A DNA stretch of 64,000 nucleotides from an uncultured bacterium (GTDB taxonomy: Bacteria > Acidobacteriota > Aminicenantia > Aminicenantales > Saccharicenantaceae), in NCBI GenBank assembly GCA_963743755.1, contig CAVUQU010000002.1, forward strand, positions 255,276-319,275, given 5' to 3'. This document shows, one piece after another, positions 32,602 to 45,103 of the stretch; position 1 is the stretch's first letter, and the number at the start of each line of letters is the position of its first letter. The notes below the pieces were generated by a model. That model was not told the origin of the DNA. It ran no database searches and saw only the letters and a program-made list of their open reading frames with translations. A program made the position numbers and the translations under genes.

Positions 32602-35600
32602 CTAAGTCGCTTGCCCCGGCTTCCCCATGTGCACGAGGAGGCGATGTTTAACGAGATCCCGGCCCAATGGGATCACTCCATCCCGCATGCGCTGACCATC
32701 CATCTCCACCCACGACACACCCCGCTCGCAGTGTTCCGGGTTCTCGACCTGGATCTCATAGATCGCTTCACCGTGACGGTAGCGCAGATGGAAGCCATCC
32801 CACCACCCGGGGATGACCGGATCCAGCCGCATGTGATCCCCCCGGACCTTCAAGCCCAGGACTTCTTCGACCCAGGCACGGTACATCCAGGCCGCCGAAC
32901 CCGTATACCAAGACCAACCACCCTGGCCGATCCGCCCGGGCAATCGGTACACGTCGGCGGCGACCACGTAGGGCTCAACCCCGTAGCGCCAGACGGTTTC
33001 CGGATCACGCGTGCGCTCGATCGGATTGAGCATGCGCAGGATTTTCGCCGCTCCCGTCCCATCCCCTTGACGCGCCAAGGCCATGGCCAACCACAGGGCG
33101 GCATGGGTGTACTGGCCTCCGTTCTCCCGCACCCCCGGAGGATACCCCTGAATGTATCCGGGTGACGGATTCGATCTGTCAAAGGGAGGCGTTAAAAGCA
33201 GCACCAGACCTTCGTTCTCGCGAACAAGGTGTTTCCACGCGGATTCCATCGCCCTGGCCGCTCGATCTGTGTCGGCCGCTCCGCTCAGCCAGGCCCAGGA
33301 TTGGGGCAGGGAATCGATCTTCGCCTCTTTGTTCGCAGAAGACCCGAGCGGCGTGCCATCGTCGAAGGTCGCCCGCAGATACCACTCCCCATCCCAGCCG
33401 GCCCGCTCGGTACGCTGGATCAGAGCCATTCTATCTTGCTGATAAGTTTGGCTTAAATCGGGCTGCTCCAATAGCCTGGACAACTCGGCCATCCCCTGAA
33501 GCACGTCCGCCATGAACCACGCCAGCCAGACGCTTTCCCCCTTGCCCCCGGCGCCCACGAGGTTCATCCCATCGTTCCAGTCGCCCGTGCCCATCAGAGG
33601 CAAACCATGGGGCCCGAAGGTCAGGCCATGCGAGACCGCGCGCCGGCAGTGCTCAAACAGCGTGGCGTGTTCAGGCGCGACCTCCGGCGTGAAGAAGATC
33701 TCGTGCTGATCCCTCTCGAGAGTGGGCCCGCTGAGGAACGGAACTTCTGTGTGCAGGATGGCCACATCGCCGGTGACCGGACGTAGTGCGCGACGACGTA
33801 GGGCAGCCAGAGCAGGTCATCGGAGATCCGCGAGCGGATGCCCGCGCCGCTCGGCGGATGCCACCAGTGCTGGACATCTCCTTCCTTGAACTGACGGCTG
33901 GCCGCGAGCAGGATGTGCTCGCGCGCCAGCTCGGGAGACGCGTAGAGGAATGCCATAACGTCCTGCAGCTGATCGCGGAAGCCGAAGGCGCCGCCCGGAC
34001 TGGTAAAAGGCGGAACGTCCCCAGATGCGGCAGCTCAGGCTCTGGTACAGCAGCCAGCGGTTGATCAGGAAGTCGGCGGCCAGTTCGGGGGTGTGCACTT
34101 CGATCGTCCCCAGCAGGTCATCCCACCACGCTTTCGTCTGGCTCAAGCGCGGTCTTCGAGGGCCGAGCCTTTCCGGTAGGCCAGAACCAGCGCTTGCGGA
34201 CTTCCTCCACCGACCCGGCCTGGCCCAGCATGCAGGTGATCTCAGCCGACTCCCCGGGAGCCAGTTCCAGCGTGACCCGCAGGGCCGCACACGGGTCGAA
34301 TGCCGCTCCCGGTCCGGCGTGACAGCCCGGTCCGCTCCATCGCCGCCGGGTTGCCCAGCGAGCGGTTGCGGCCGATGAAGGCGCGTGCGATCGCCGCTGT
34401 AGGACTCCGCCGGCGGGTCGATGGCCACGAAGGCGACCCGATCCCCGTACTCGGGGTGGTAGCGATTCCGGGCGATCAGGGCCCGGGCTTCGTCATCCCA
34501 GCCGGTCACGACATGCATCTGGGAGGTTTCGCGGTTCTCGCCCAGGGTCCACTCCACATAGTAGGTCACCGAGAGCCTGCGCCGCCGGGAGGAGTCGTTG
34601 CTGAGCCGCAGCCGCTGCAGCTTGATCGGCTCTCCGCCGTTCTCATCCACCGGGACGAAGACCGTCAGCTCCTGTTCGATGCCGTGGCTGTTATGCTCGA
34701 AGACCGTGTACCCGGCCCCGTGCCTGGCCCGGTAGGCGGTCTCTTCGCGGATCGGCGCCGCGGTCGGCGTCCAGAAGACGCCGGTCTCCTCGTCCCGGAT
34801 GTAGACCGCCTCCGACGGCGGATCCAGCACCGGGTCGTTCGACCATTGCGTCAGGCGATTGCGCTGGCTGTTGCCATACCAGGTGAAGCCGGACCCGGTT
34901 TCGCTGACCAATGTGCCGAAGGTCGGGTTGGCGATGACGTTCACCCAGGGTGCAGGGGTGTTGGTGTCGGGGCCGAGATAGATCGCGTATTCACGCCCAT
35001 CCGGGGTAAACCCGCCCAGGCTGTTGAAGTAGGGCAGCTCCATGAAGGGCAGCGGAGCCGAAGGCTCCCGGGGAGCGCGCTTCTCGGCGCAGCGGTTCCG
35101 GCAACTCGGGAGACCTCCGCAGGCACGCCCAGTTGCTGGGGAAGGTGCCGCGGGCGGCCACCATCACGACACTGGCCGCGGCCTTGAGGAGCGTCAGATC
35201 TTCCTCCGGGATCTGATCCGCGTTGCGCAGGAAGATCCCGCCCGGCCGATCCGTCCCCGTATACGCCGAATGCGCCTGGATCAGACCGCTCGAGCCGTTC
35301 CTGCAGCGGCCGCTCATAGCCGCCGGCCTCCTCGTTGAGGATCACCAGGTCGGTCGTCAACCCATGCATGCGCCAATAGGTGTGGGCCTGGAGCATCTGG
35401 CGGACCAGGCTGATATCCCGCGCCTCGCCGATGGTGATCAGGGCGATCGGCAGGTCTCCCGAGATGCCATAGGGCCACAAGCCCGCCTGGCCCTTGCGGT
35501 TCTCTGTCGAGGCGTTCGGCGGGTGAGCGCAGGAGCGGATTGGGAAACAGCAGGTGGCTTGCCAGCTGCTGGAAGCGGCGCGCTTCGTCGGGCTGGATGC

Positions 35601-38600
35601 GCAGCAATCGCAACTCCAGCTGGGCCGAAGCCCAGGCGAAATCCATCGCCCGATCGATGGCATGGGGATCGCCGTACTTATCCATCAGCATCAGGACCTG
35701 CTCGCGTGTTTCGCCGGCCGCGAGCACCAGGGAAACCTGGACACGCTGGCCCGGTCCAGGGTCAGGCTCTGGCGCAGGCTGAGGATCGGGTCCAGGACAA
35801 AACCCTGGCTGTTGCCGAGCTCCTGGACGGCCCCCATCGGATTCGCGAGGGTCCGTCCGCGGCCGATGAAGCGGCGCCGGTCGGTCTCGAACTGCAGGGC
35901 TTCGTCCCCGGCCTGTTCAAGCGTCAGGCGGTGGGCCACATAAATGGGCGGGTCGTCTTCCGCTGCGAGGCCGGCGGTAGGCGAGGAGCGCTTGCTGCTC
36001 GGGCACCGCTTCGGTCTGGATGAACAGCTTGTTGAAGGCCGGATGCTGCCGGTCGGCGTTGTGCGGCGCCAGCGAGAGTTCAACGTAGCTCGTCAGATCG
36101 AGATGACGCGTGCGCAACGGAACGGTTGATCAGGGTGATCCGCCGGATCTCCACATCGTCTTCCGGCGAGACGATGATCTCCGTTTCGGTGTGCGATGCC
36201 GTTGTCGACGCGCCGGAACACGGCCCGGTCGAGCGCGAAGTCGACGGAATACGCCTTCAACCTTCCCGCCGACCGGGTGATAGGTGTTGGACCACAAGCG
36301 AGCCGCGATCGGCCTCATGGATGTAGCAGAAGGTGCCCCACGGATCACAGGTCCGATCCGACCGCCAGCGGGTGATCTCGAAGTCGCCCCACCGACTGTA
36401 GCCGCCGCCGCGTTGGTGATCATCAAGCCATAGCGGCCGTTGCTGAGCAGTTGGGTCTTGGGCGTGGTCGTATGGGGCGTATCGAATGTGCTCACCGAAG
36501 GGCGCGACCTCGCCGAGGCCTGCCACGGCACGAGCATTCGCTCCCGCGTCGAGATCAGGTGCAGCGGCGGCAGGGTCGGGATGCGTTCCTGGAGCAGGGG
36601 TTCAACGGCGCGCACGCGCGGGTCGGCATGGAAATCGGCGCTGGAACGGATTGCCATGGAGGAAGTTGGTCAGCGCCAGGAAACCCATCCCCTGATGATG
36701 GGCCATATAGGCCTGCGATGATCACCCCACGCTCGCCCTTCGCGTGCCGGCTGCCGGCTGAAATCCATCGCTTCGTAGTAGCCGTAATCGCTCAAGCAGC
36801 CCCAGACCGGCCAGTCGTTTCAGATTCTGCACGGTCTCGCGCGGGCGCCACGTTCAGCGCCAGCAGGGTGGCGTAGGGCGCGACGACGAGCTGTTCCTCC
36901 AAGCCGCGCTTCAGTCCGAGCGCCGGCACGCCAAAGGCCTTGTATTGATAGGTCTTGTTGATGTCCAGATCGGCGAAGGCGGACTCCGAAATCCCCCACG
37001 GCACGCGACGCTGTGCGGCCGTAGGCGATCTGGACCGCCACCGCTTCCCGCGCCGCTTTGTCCAGCAGCGAGTTGCCATAGGAGCGCTGGAAGAGCAGCG
37101 GCATCAGATATTCGAACATGGTCCCGGTCCAGCTGAGCAGCACCCGCCGCCGGCCGATGGCACCGTAGGGCCGGCTCATGGAGAACCAGTGCTCCAGCGG
37201 GAACATCACCCCGGGCGATGGCAACGAAACTTCCGAGCCGCGCCTCGCTGGCCAGGAGATCGTAGTAGGAGCTGTCCAGCCGGCCTTCGGACACGTTGTA
37301 GCCGATGGAGAACAGCCGCCGTTCGGGGTCATAGAGAAAGCGCATGTTCATCGATCCGGATAACTCGCGCACGTCCTGGATCAGCCGCTCGCCCGACCCC
37401 AGGATTTCACCGGCCAGCCATCTGCGACCTGGCGAAGGCCTCCAACAGGCGGTCGATCCATTCGAAGAGGGGGCGCGCGGCCGGGGGAATCCTTCTCCCG
37501 GATCGATTGGAGAATCGGCATGCAAGCCGATGCGCCCGTGGGCGAGATCGAAGAGCGAAGGCGCGCGAGACAGGTCCTGGCGGATGGCGAGCAGGGCCTC
37601 CGGCCCAAGCGGCGTGATCTCTCTTCCGTTTTTTCAGCGAGGATTTCGATCCAGGCGAGATAGCGATCCGCGATCCTCAGCCAGGCCGCTATCTGCTCCT
37701 CCATCTGCCTGGCCCAATACGCCGCTTCCGTTTCGAGCTCGGCGGACTTGCGAGCCGCATCGGATCGAGCCCTGACGCTGCTCTCCACCCGCCGCAGCAG
37801 GCGGAGCGCGTCGGCGATGCGGGCCGGCGGCGTTTCCCACAGCGCGCATCAGTGCGTCGAGCGACGTGGGCATCCAAGCCCGCGATGGCCGGTCCTGTTC
37901 GACGACCTGTTTCAGGATCTCCCCGGTATCGCGCAGGCCGGCAAAGGCTTTCCCGTCCAAGAGCGGGTTCCTGCATCAGCTCGCCCAGTCCCTGTTCCAG
38001 CGCCCAGAGGGCACCCAGCAGGTTGCCGCTGTCGACGGTGGAGACGTAGCGAGGTTCGAGAGGGGCCAGGGTCTGGATGTCGTACCAGTTCAGCAGATGG
38101 CCCTCATGGCGCTCCAGCCGGCCGATCGTCTCCATGGTCCGGGTCAGTTTTTCGACGACCTGATCCACCGTCAGGTACCCGAAATCATGGGCGCCCAGCG
38201 CGCTGATCATCCAGAGGCCGATGTTGGTCGGACTGGTGCGCATGGCCAGGCGGTTCTGATGGGAGACCTGGTAGTTGTCGGGCGGCAGCCAGGAGGTGTC
38301 GGCGTTGACAAAGTCCGAGAAATAGCGCCAGGTCCGCCGGGCGACCTGCCTGAGGAAGCGCCGGTCCTTTTCCGGCAGCGGCTGTGGCTGTTGTTCTGCC
38401 CGCGGCCGCAGGTTCAGGAGCCAGCCGAGCAGCGGGGATAGGAACCACAGGACGAGCCAGGGGCCGGCCATCGCCAGGCTGGCCGGCATCCGAGCGCAGC
38501 ACCGCCCAACCCACGATCCCGCTGAAGAGGCTCGCCAGGGCCAGGCAGGCGACAAAGAGCGGCTGTCGACGGGCGCACTCCAATGGGTCACCTGGGCCGA

Positions 38601-41600
38601 AGTCCACTCCAGCAACCCGCGGTGAGAGATGAGGCGGCGGTACCAGACCCGCACAATGGCATCCAGGGCCAGCCGCGGCCTGGTGCGGCAAGCAGCGCCG
38701 CATCGACGACCGCCCGCAGCAGGTCGTGCGCCAGCTTCGAGAGGGAGAAGCTCTTCAGCCCCTGGCGGGTGGTGGCCATGGTGAAGGGCTGCGCCAGAGG
38801 GTGGAAGAGCAGCTGCATGCCGACCACCAGCGTGGCGATCCACGCCAGTCCGGGGAGAAATCAGCCAGGAGGCCATGCAGCAAGCCCAGGCTGGTCGCGG
38901 GCAGCAGGCTGCGGCGCAGGTTGTCGAGGATCTTCCAGCGGTCGAACCAGGAGAGCGGGTTTGGCCCTCGTCCGCCTCCAGGCTGGGGAACGCGCGGCAA
39001 GATCCAGTCCGCGATCTGCCAGTCGCCGCGAATCCAGCGATGTTGCCGGCTGCTGTAGCTCAGGTACCCCTGCGGGAATTCATCATAGAGCTCGATATCG
39101 CTGGCCAGGCCCACCCGGACGTGAGCCCCTTCGATCAGGTCGTGGCTCAGCACCCACTCTTCGGGAAACCGTCCCGACAGCACGCGGCTGAAGGCGCGCA
39201 CATCGTAGATCCCCTTGCCATGGTAGGAGCCTTCACCGGTCAGGTCCTGATAGACATCGGAGACCGCCTGGGTGTAGGGGTCGATGCCGACCGCGTCGGC
39301 GAAGAGCCGGCTGAAGGGCGAGACGCTCGTGCTCGGCAGCGATCGGGCTCACGCGCGGCTGGATGATGGTGTAAGAGCCGGCCATGATCCTGCCTGCGGC
39401 ATCGAAGCGCGGCTGGTTGAGCGGGTGCGCCAGGGTCTCGATCATCCTGCGGGCCGTGCCGATGCGGCAGCTGGGTGTCGCTGTCCAGGGTGATGACGAA
39501 CCGCACATCCGCCAGATGATCCGGGTCGCCGACGTAGACCAGGCGATCGGCATCTTCCGGCCGCGTGCCGTCGATCAGGCGATTGAGTTCTTCCAGCTTG
39601 CCCGCGTTTGCGCTCCCAGCCGATGAATTTCTGCTCGGATTCACTCCAGGTGCGCTCCCGATGGAAGAGGAAGAAACGCTCGCCGCCATAGCGGTCGATT
39701 GAGATCTTCGATGCACTCGATCGCGGTCTGGAGCAGCCGCTCGTCGTCCTCCCGATGCGCCTGATCCGCATCGGTGTAGTCCGTGAAGAGGCTGAAGAGC
39801 AGATTCGCCTTCCTTGTTGGCCAGGTAGCGGATCTCCAGCTTCTCCACCTCGGCCCGGATCGTCTCCGCGTCCACCAGCATCATCGGCACGACCACCAGG
39901 GTCCGGAAGGCGTCGGGAATGCCCGAGATCCTCGAAATCCATCTTGGGCAAGGGTGCGGGGCGGCAAGTAGCCGCGTGACCAGGTAATTGACCACCTCGA
40001 TCGCCAGCTGGCTGACGGGAATCAGCAAAAGGCAGAGCGATCAACAGCCGGATCCAGAGCGCCTGTCCGCGCAGACCCAACCAGACGATCAGGAAGATGA
40101 ATACAGCGGAGAAAACGCCGAGCCCAAGAAAGTAGACGGCGGCATGATGGCGATAGACCCACTGCAGGACGCGGAAACGCGGCGCTTCACGGCAGGCGAG
40201 CAGCCGCGCCAGCTCGCGCCTTCCTTCACCGATCAGATAGGTCCCGACATGGATCCGACCGTTCATCTTCCGTCGCTTCACGCGCGGCCTGCGTCGCCAG
40301 CTCGATGACGCGCTGCGCGACCTGATCTTCCGCCTGACCGGACCGCGCGGGCGAGTTCTTCAATCGCCCGGCGACAGCGATCACGGGTTTCGAAATCCAT
40401 CTGGGGATAGACCCCGGCTGGATCGAGGCGCAGCAACTGCTCCACCCGGCTGAGACTGCTCGAAGATCTCCCGCCAGTCCAGCAGGGCGAGCTGGCGCAG
40501 GCTGGTGAAGGCATTGCCGATGGATATCTGATCCCTCGTCTGGCGGTTCTGCTCACGCAGGTTGAGGTCGTTCAGGGACTTGTGGAACGTGCGCTCCAGC
40601 CAGCTCTGGACCGGCGACCAGCGCCGCCTCTTCGTCGTAGAGATGATCGACCAGTTGCGCCGCGAAATAGGGGCTCGGGCCGGGCTGCGTTCGCGGCAAG
40701 TTCCGCCAGGATCGCGAAGAGCTGGTTGGGATCGCGCCGGTTGGCCGTGATCAGCCGGTTCGCCCAGAAGTCGGCGATCTCGCCGCTCGCGCAGCTCGGT
40801 CAGGGCGCGTGGCGGCCAGATTCTGGATGCTCTCGATCAGCGCGATGCGCAGCATCTGGGGGATGGCCCAGAGTTCGCCGATCGTCAGCGGTGCGCACGG
40901 ATTGATAGGCCTCGATGAACGCCAGGATGTTCTCCCGGTCCAGGCGCAGTTCCGTATGGGAGACGAGTTCCTTCGCCAGACCGTAGATGCGCGGCAGCCC
41001 CCGGTAGGGCTCGTTGGCGAGTACCGGCAGCTGCCGGTAAAAACGCCGGGGAAGGTTCAGCAGAACATCGCGGGCGTTGCTCTCGATGATGTACTCATTG
41101 TCGAGGATCCACTCGGCGGTCGGAGGCGGACACTGTTCCAGACGGCTCGCTTCGGAGAGATCCAAGCAGACCTGGTGGATCCACTGATGGGCGTTTCCGA
41201 CCCGCCTGAGCAGCTCGGGGTTCCGCAGCGGCCTTGGGTCGACTTCGTGGATCATGGCCAGGCGCTGGGCATGCTCCTGGATCTGCGCCGGAGAGAGCGG
41301 AACCCCGGCGCTCCGGACGTCTTTTATGGGATTCTCGCGTTTCGGATGCAGGACGAAGATGGCGGGGGGGATGTCCCTGCTTTCTCGAAGCACCGCCACC
41401 GCGAATGGCACCGTTTCGATCGGCGCCTGGAGGATCAGGACGGTCTCTCCGGGCACCAACCACCGGGCGTGATCCTCGAGCAGCTTTCGTTCGACACCGT
41501 ACTTCGATCGTCGTATCCACACCGTACCGAAGAGAATTCCGATAGATCCGCCCGCAAAGATCGAAACCAGGGTAGACAGACTTCCGCTCAGGAACGGCCC

Positions 41601-41831
41601 CGGCCAGTGGAGGACCAGCGAAACCACGTCGGCGAGAACCACGAAAAGAATGGCGGTCAAGGTCGCCCCGAGAGCCCGGCGCCAAAGGAAGGGGTCCCGT
41701 TTGCGGACATCTCCGTCCGCGGTCTTATGCACTATGGCGGCGCGGCGGAAGCCCCTTCTCTGCAGTTCCCGCAGAGTTCTGCGAGCCTCATTCCGTACTG
41801 AGAAGTAGCCTAAGAGGGTGCCGGCTTCCAT
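32602..41831 (-). CDS. ndvB: cyclic beta-1,2-glucan synthase (Cgs/NdvB/ChvB-like; GT84 glycosyltransferase region plus GH94-like C-terminal domain), fragmented by 10 or more frameshifts in this assembly
   Basis: Contiguous same-strand ORF fragments run from 41831 (N-terminal TM region) through the GT region ([12 protein letters not shown]-x-x-RW motif; [30 protein letters not shown]) to the GH94-like end ([10 protein letters not shown]; [12 protein letters not shown]). Total length is about 3076 codons, as expected for Cgs. Confidence 0.75.
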
Positions 41832-42007
41832 ATTTTCGTCCCTGTATCACCGTTGGGCATATGTTCCCGGGAATCGCGGCCGATTCCACCAGGTGGGAGC
41901 TTGGAACACAGTTGCCGCCAGTATATCGTCTGATGGCGTCGCCGGTCAAATCTCGAGGACGCGGCTCTTCGACGAGGTCTGGGCGGCCACCGAATTCGGC
42001 CAACGTC

Positions 42008-42036
42008 TTGACAGACTAGCAGACATATGCTAAATG
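42008..42036 (+). promoter_or_regulatory. putative sigma70-type promoter of the cheB/cheR-PAS gene
   Basis: TTGACA, a 17-nt spacer, then TAAATG, about 130 nt upstream of ATG 42170. The gene has a strong SD GTAGGAGGAG. Confidence 0.3.
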
Positions 42037-42169
42037 CCAGATAAGGGCTGAGGGAGGGAGACGGCGGATCATTGTGAAGACCACAAGGTCAAAGAATGAC
42101 CGCTATGCCATTCGCTCGGGTCGATGTTGAGATGCTTGGCTTTTCAAAGGTCGGGTAGGAGGAGCGGGA

Positions 42170-45082
42170 ATGGGAGCAAAGAAAGCCAAGTCGAAGAGAG
42201 AAAGAACGGAAATCGAGTTTCCCATTGTCGGCATCGGCGCCTCGGCCGGCGGACTGGAGTCTTTCGAGCAATTTTTCAGAAAGATGCCGCCCGATAGCGG
42301 GATGGCGTTCGTCGTCATCCAACATCTGGATCCCACGCATGTCAGTGGTCTCGCCGACCTGCTTCAAAGATATACCAAGATGCCCGTGTTCGAGGCAACG
42401 GACGGCGCGCGGGTCAAGTCCAACTCGGTCTATGTTATCCCCCCCCACAAGGACATGGCCCTGGTCCGGGGGACACTCCAGCTGGTGGATCAGACCCGGC
42501 GCCAGGCTGTCAGCAATACTATCGATATCTTCTTCCGGTCCCTGGCGGAAGAGCGGCAAGCCAGAGCCATCTGCATCGTACTTTCCGGAGCCGCGACGGA
42601 CGGCACGTCGGGCTTGGAAGCCATCAAAGCCGGGCTCGGCATGGCCATGGTCCAGGACCCGGTTTCCGCCAAGTACGATAGCATGCCCCGGAGTGCTATC
42701 GCCACCGAACTGGCAGACTACATTTTGCCTCCGGCCGAGATGCCGGAGAAGCTCATATCCTATGTCCAGAGGTTTTATGGAAAACCGGCGACGAGGCTCC
42801 CTGAAGATGTCAAAGAAGACGCGGATTCGATCCGCAAGATATTCTTCCTCGTCCGTATGAGGACGAAGCACGATTTCTCGGGCTATAAACTGCCGACCCT
42901 CAAGCGCCGCATTGAAAGGCGCATGAACGTCAATCAGCTCGATAAGATCTCGGATTATATTCGTTTGCTGGGAGATAACCCCAATGAGGTCGATGCTCTC
43001 GGCAGGGATTTCCTCATCAACGTGACCAGCTTTTTCAGGGAACCGGAAGCCTTCGACATTCTCAAAGAAAAAGTGAAGGGCCTGCTGAGGGACAAGCCCC
43101 GGGACAGCGTGATCAGGATGTGGACGGTGGGCTGTTCCAGCGGTGAAGAGGCCTATTCTCTGGTCATCACGGTCAAGGAGTGCATGGATGAGTTGGGTCG
43201 GGAGTTCCCCTTGCAGGCTTTCGGCAGCGACATCGACAGTCATGCCATCACCAGAGCGCGCGCCGGTATCTACCCCCTCCGCATTGCCGCCGATGTCGGC
43301 GAAGAACGCCTCAAGCGGTTCTTTATCAGCAAAGATCATGCTTACCATATCAAGAGGGAAATCAGGGAAACGATGGTCTTTGCGGTCCAAGATATCATCA
43401 GCGACCCGCCCTTCTCGAAGATGGATTTGATCTCCTGCCGGAATCTCCTGATCTATCTGAACCGGGACACGCAGAGAAAAGTGATACCGCTCCTGCACTA
43501 CGCCATGAATACGCGCGGCATCCTTTTTCTCGGATCGTCTGAAACGATAAGGGAATATACCGACCTCTTCTCGGAACTGGCCCCGAAGTGGAAGATCTAT
43601 GAACGCAAGGAGCAGAAAAACCCGGCGCCGCTGGCGTTTCCCATTAGACTGCTGACTCAAAAAGCGCAGGGTCTTCCCCCCGTGGGAACCGAAGCGGTCG
43701 TCAAAGCCGGTGCCCGCCAACTGGCGGAGAAGGTGCTCCTGGAAGCTCTTCCGCCATCCGTGCTTATCGACGAAAAGCGGCATGTCATTTATGTTCATGG
43801 CGAGATCGACAAGTACCTGAAGCTGCCCCGTGGAGAAACCCGATTGAGCCTGCTCGACATGGCCAGAGAAGGCTTGAGGGCGGGGCTGACGTCGGCGATC
43901 CAGGACGCCTCTTCACAGAACAAAGAGGTCCGCCGGGAAAGCCTCCGAATGAAGGGCGACGGCGGCATTCAACTGATCAATGTCAGCGTCAGGCCGGTGG
44001 CGGGCCCGGAAGAAGGGCAAAGGCGGTTCGTCGTTGTGTTCCAGGAAGCAGGTCACCCTGAAGAACAGGGATCCGTGAAGTCGGGACCTCAGATCACCAC
44101 TGAGGCGGAGGCTCGCATTGCCGAATTGGAGCAGGAACTGGAGGAGACCAGAGAAACCCTTCACAGCCGTATCGAAGAATTGGAGACCGGCGTTGAAGAA
44201 CTCCAATCCACGGATGAGGAGTTCCAGTCCACCAATGAAGAGCTGCAGAGCACCAATGAGGAACTGCTGACTTCTCAGGAGGAACTGCAATCGGTCAATG
44301 AGGAATTGGTCACCGTGAACGCGGAACAGCAGACAACGAATGCGAGCTTATCGGCCGTCAACGATGACTTGATCAACCTGTTCAGCAGCACCGATATCGC
44401 CGTCGTGTTCCTCGACGAGGAGCTAAGCGTCAAACGCTTTACACCCGCGGCCACCAAGCTTTTCAGTCTCATCGCCAACGATATCGGTCGACCGCTCTAT
44501 CACATTACGACGGTCCTGGCCTACGACACCCTGGCCGAAGAAGCCAAAGAAGTGCTGAACACGCTGAAACCCATAGAGAAAGAGGTGAAAGCTAAGGACG
44601 GGCGGTGGTTTACCATACGCATGTTTCCATATCGGACTGCGGAAAACGTGATCGCCGGGCTGGTTTTAACCTTCGTGGAGACCAGCAGACTCCAAAAATT
44701 GAATCAAGAACTCAAGGCGGCCATGGATTATGCCAATAGTATTGTGGCGACCATTCGCGAGCCTTTTCTGATCCTGGACGCCGAACTTCGAGTCATCTCA
44801 GCCAATCACGCCTTTTACCGGACGTTCCATGTCGAGCCGGGGGAAACGGAAGGCCGGTTGATATTCGATCTCGGCGATGGCCAGTGGGACATCCCGAGAC
44901 TCCGAGAACTCCTCGAGGATGTTTTACCCCAGAATTCCGCCTTTGACGGTTTTGAGGTCGACCACGATTTTCCCAACCTGGGACGTCGCAAGATCATTCT
45001 CAATGCGCGCCAGCTGTTTGTCGAGGAGGGGGGGGCCAGCCACCGGGTGTTATTGGCGATGGAGGATGTCACGGAGCGATGA
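42170..45082 (+). CDS. CheB methylesterase / CheR methyltransferase fusion protein with coiled-coil and C-terminal PAS domains
   Basis: CheB-like FPIVGIGASAGGLESF..VIQHLDP, then CheR-like SAM-MTase (WTVGCSSGEEAYSLVI; ISCRNLLIYL), a heptad-rich ELQSTNEEL coiled coil and a PAS fold, 970 aa. GC is about 54%. Confidence 0.85.
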   Translation: MGAKKAKSKRERTEIEFPIVGIGASAGGLESFEQFFRKMPPDSGMAFVVIQHLDPTHVSGLADLLQRYTKMPVFEATDGARVKSNSVYVIPPHKDMALVRGTLQLVDQTRRQAVSNTIDIFFRSLAEERQARAICIVLSGAATDGTSGLEAIKAGLGMAMVQDPVSAKYDSMPRSAIATELADYILPPAEMPEKLISYVQRFYGKPATRLPEDVKEDADSIRKIFFLVRMRTKHDFSGYKLPTLKRRIERRMNVNQLDKISDYIRLLGDNPNEVDALGRDFLINVTSFFREPEAFDILKEKVKGLLRDKPRDSVIRMWTVGCSSGEEAYSLVITVKECMDELGREFPLQAFGSDIDSHAITRARAGIYPLRIAADVGEERLKRFFISKDHAYHIKREIRETMVFAVQDIISDPPFSKMDLISCRNLLIYLNRDTQRKVIPLLHYAMNTRGILFLGSSETIREYTDLFSELAPKWKIYERKEQKNPAPLAFPIRLLTQKAQGLPPVGTEAVVKAGARQLAEKVLLEALPPSVLIDEKRHVIYVHGEIDKYLKLPRGETRLSLLDMAREGLRAGLTSAIQDASSQNKEVRRESLRMKGDGGIQLINVSVRPVAGPEEGQRRFVVVFQEAGHPEEQGSVKSGPQITTEAEARIAELEQELEETRETLHSRIEELETGVEELQSTDEEFQSTNEELQSTNEELLTSQEELQSVNEELVTVNAEQQTTNASLSAVNDDLINLFSSTDIAVVFLDEELSVKRFTPAATKLFSLIANDIGRPLYHITTVLAYDTLAEEAKEVLNTLKPIEKEVKAKDGRWFTIRMFPYRTAENVIAGLVLTFVETSRLQKLNQELKAAMDYANSIVATIREPFLILDAELRVISANHAFYRTFHVEPGETEGRLIFDLGDGQWDIPRLRELLEDVLPQNSAFDGFEVDHDFPNLGRRKIILNARQLFVEEGGASHRVLLAMEDVTER

Positions 45083-45103
45083 GGCCGCGCGAAGGAGGGA
45101 GAG

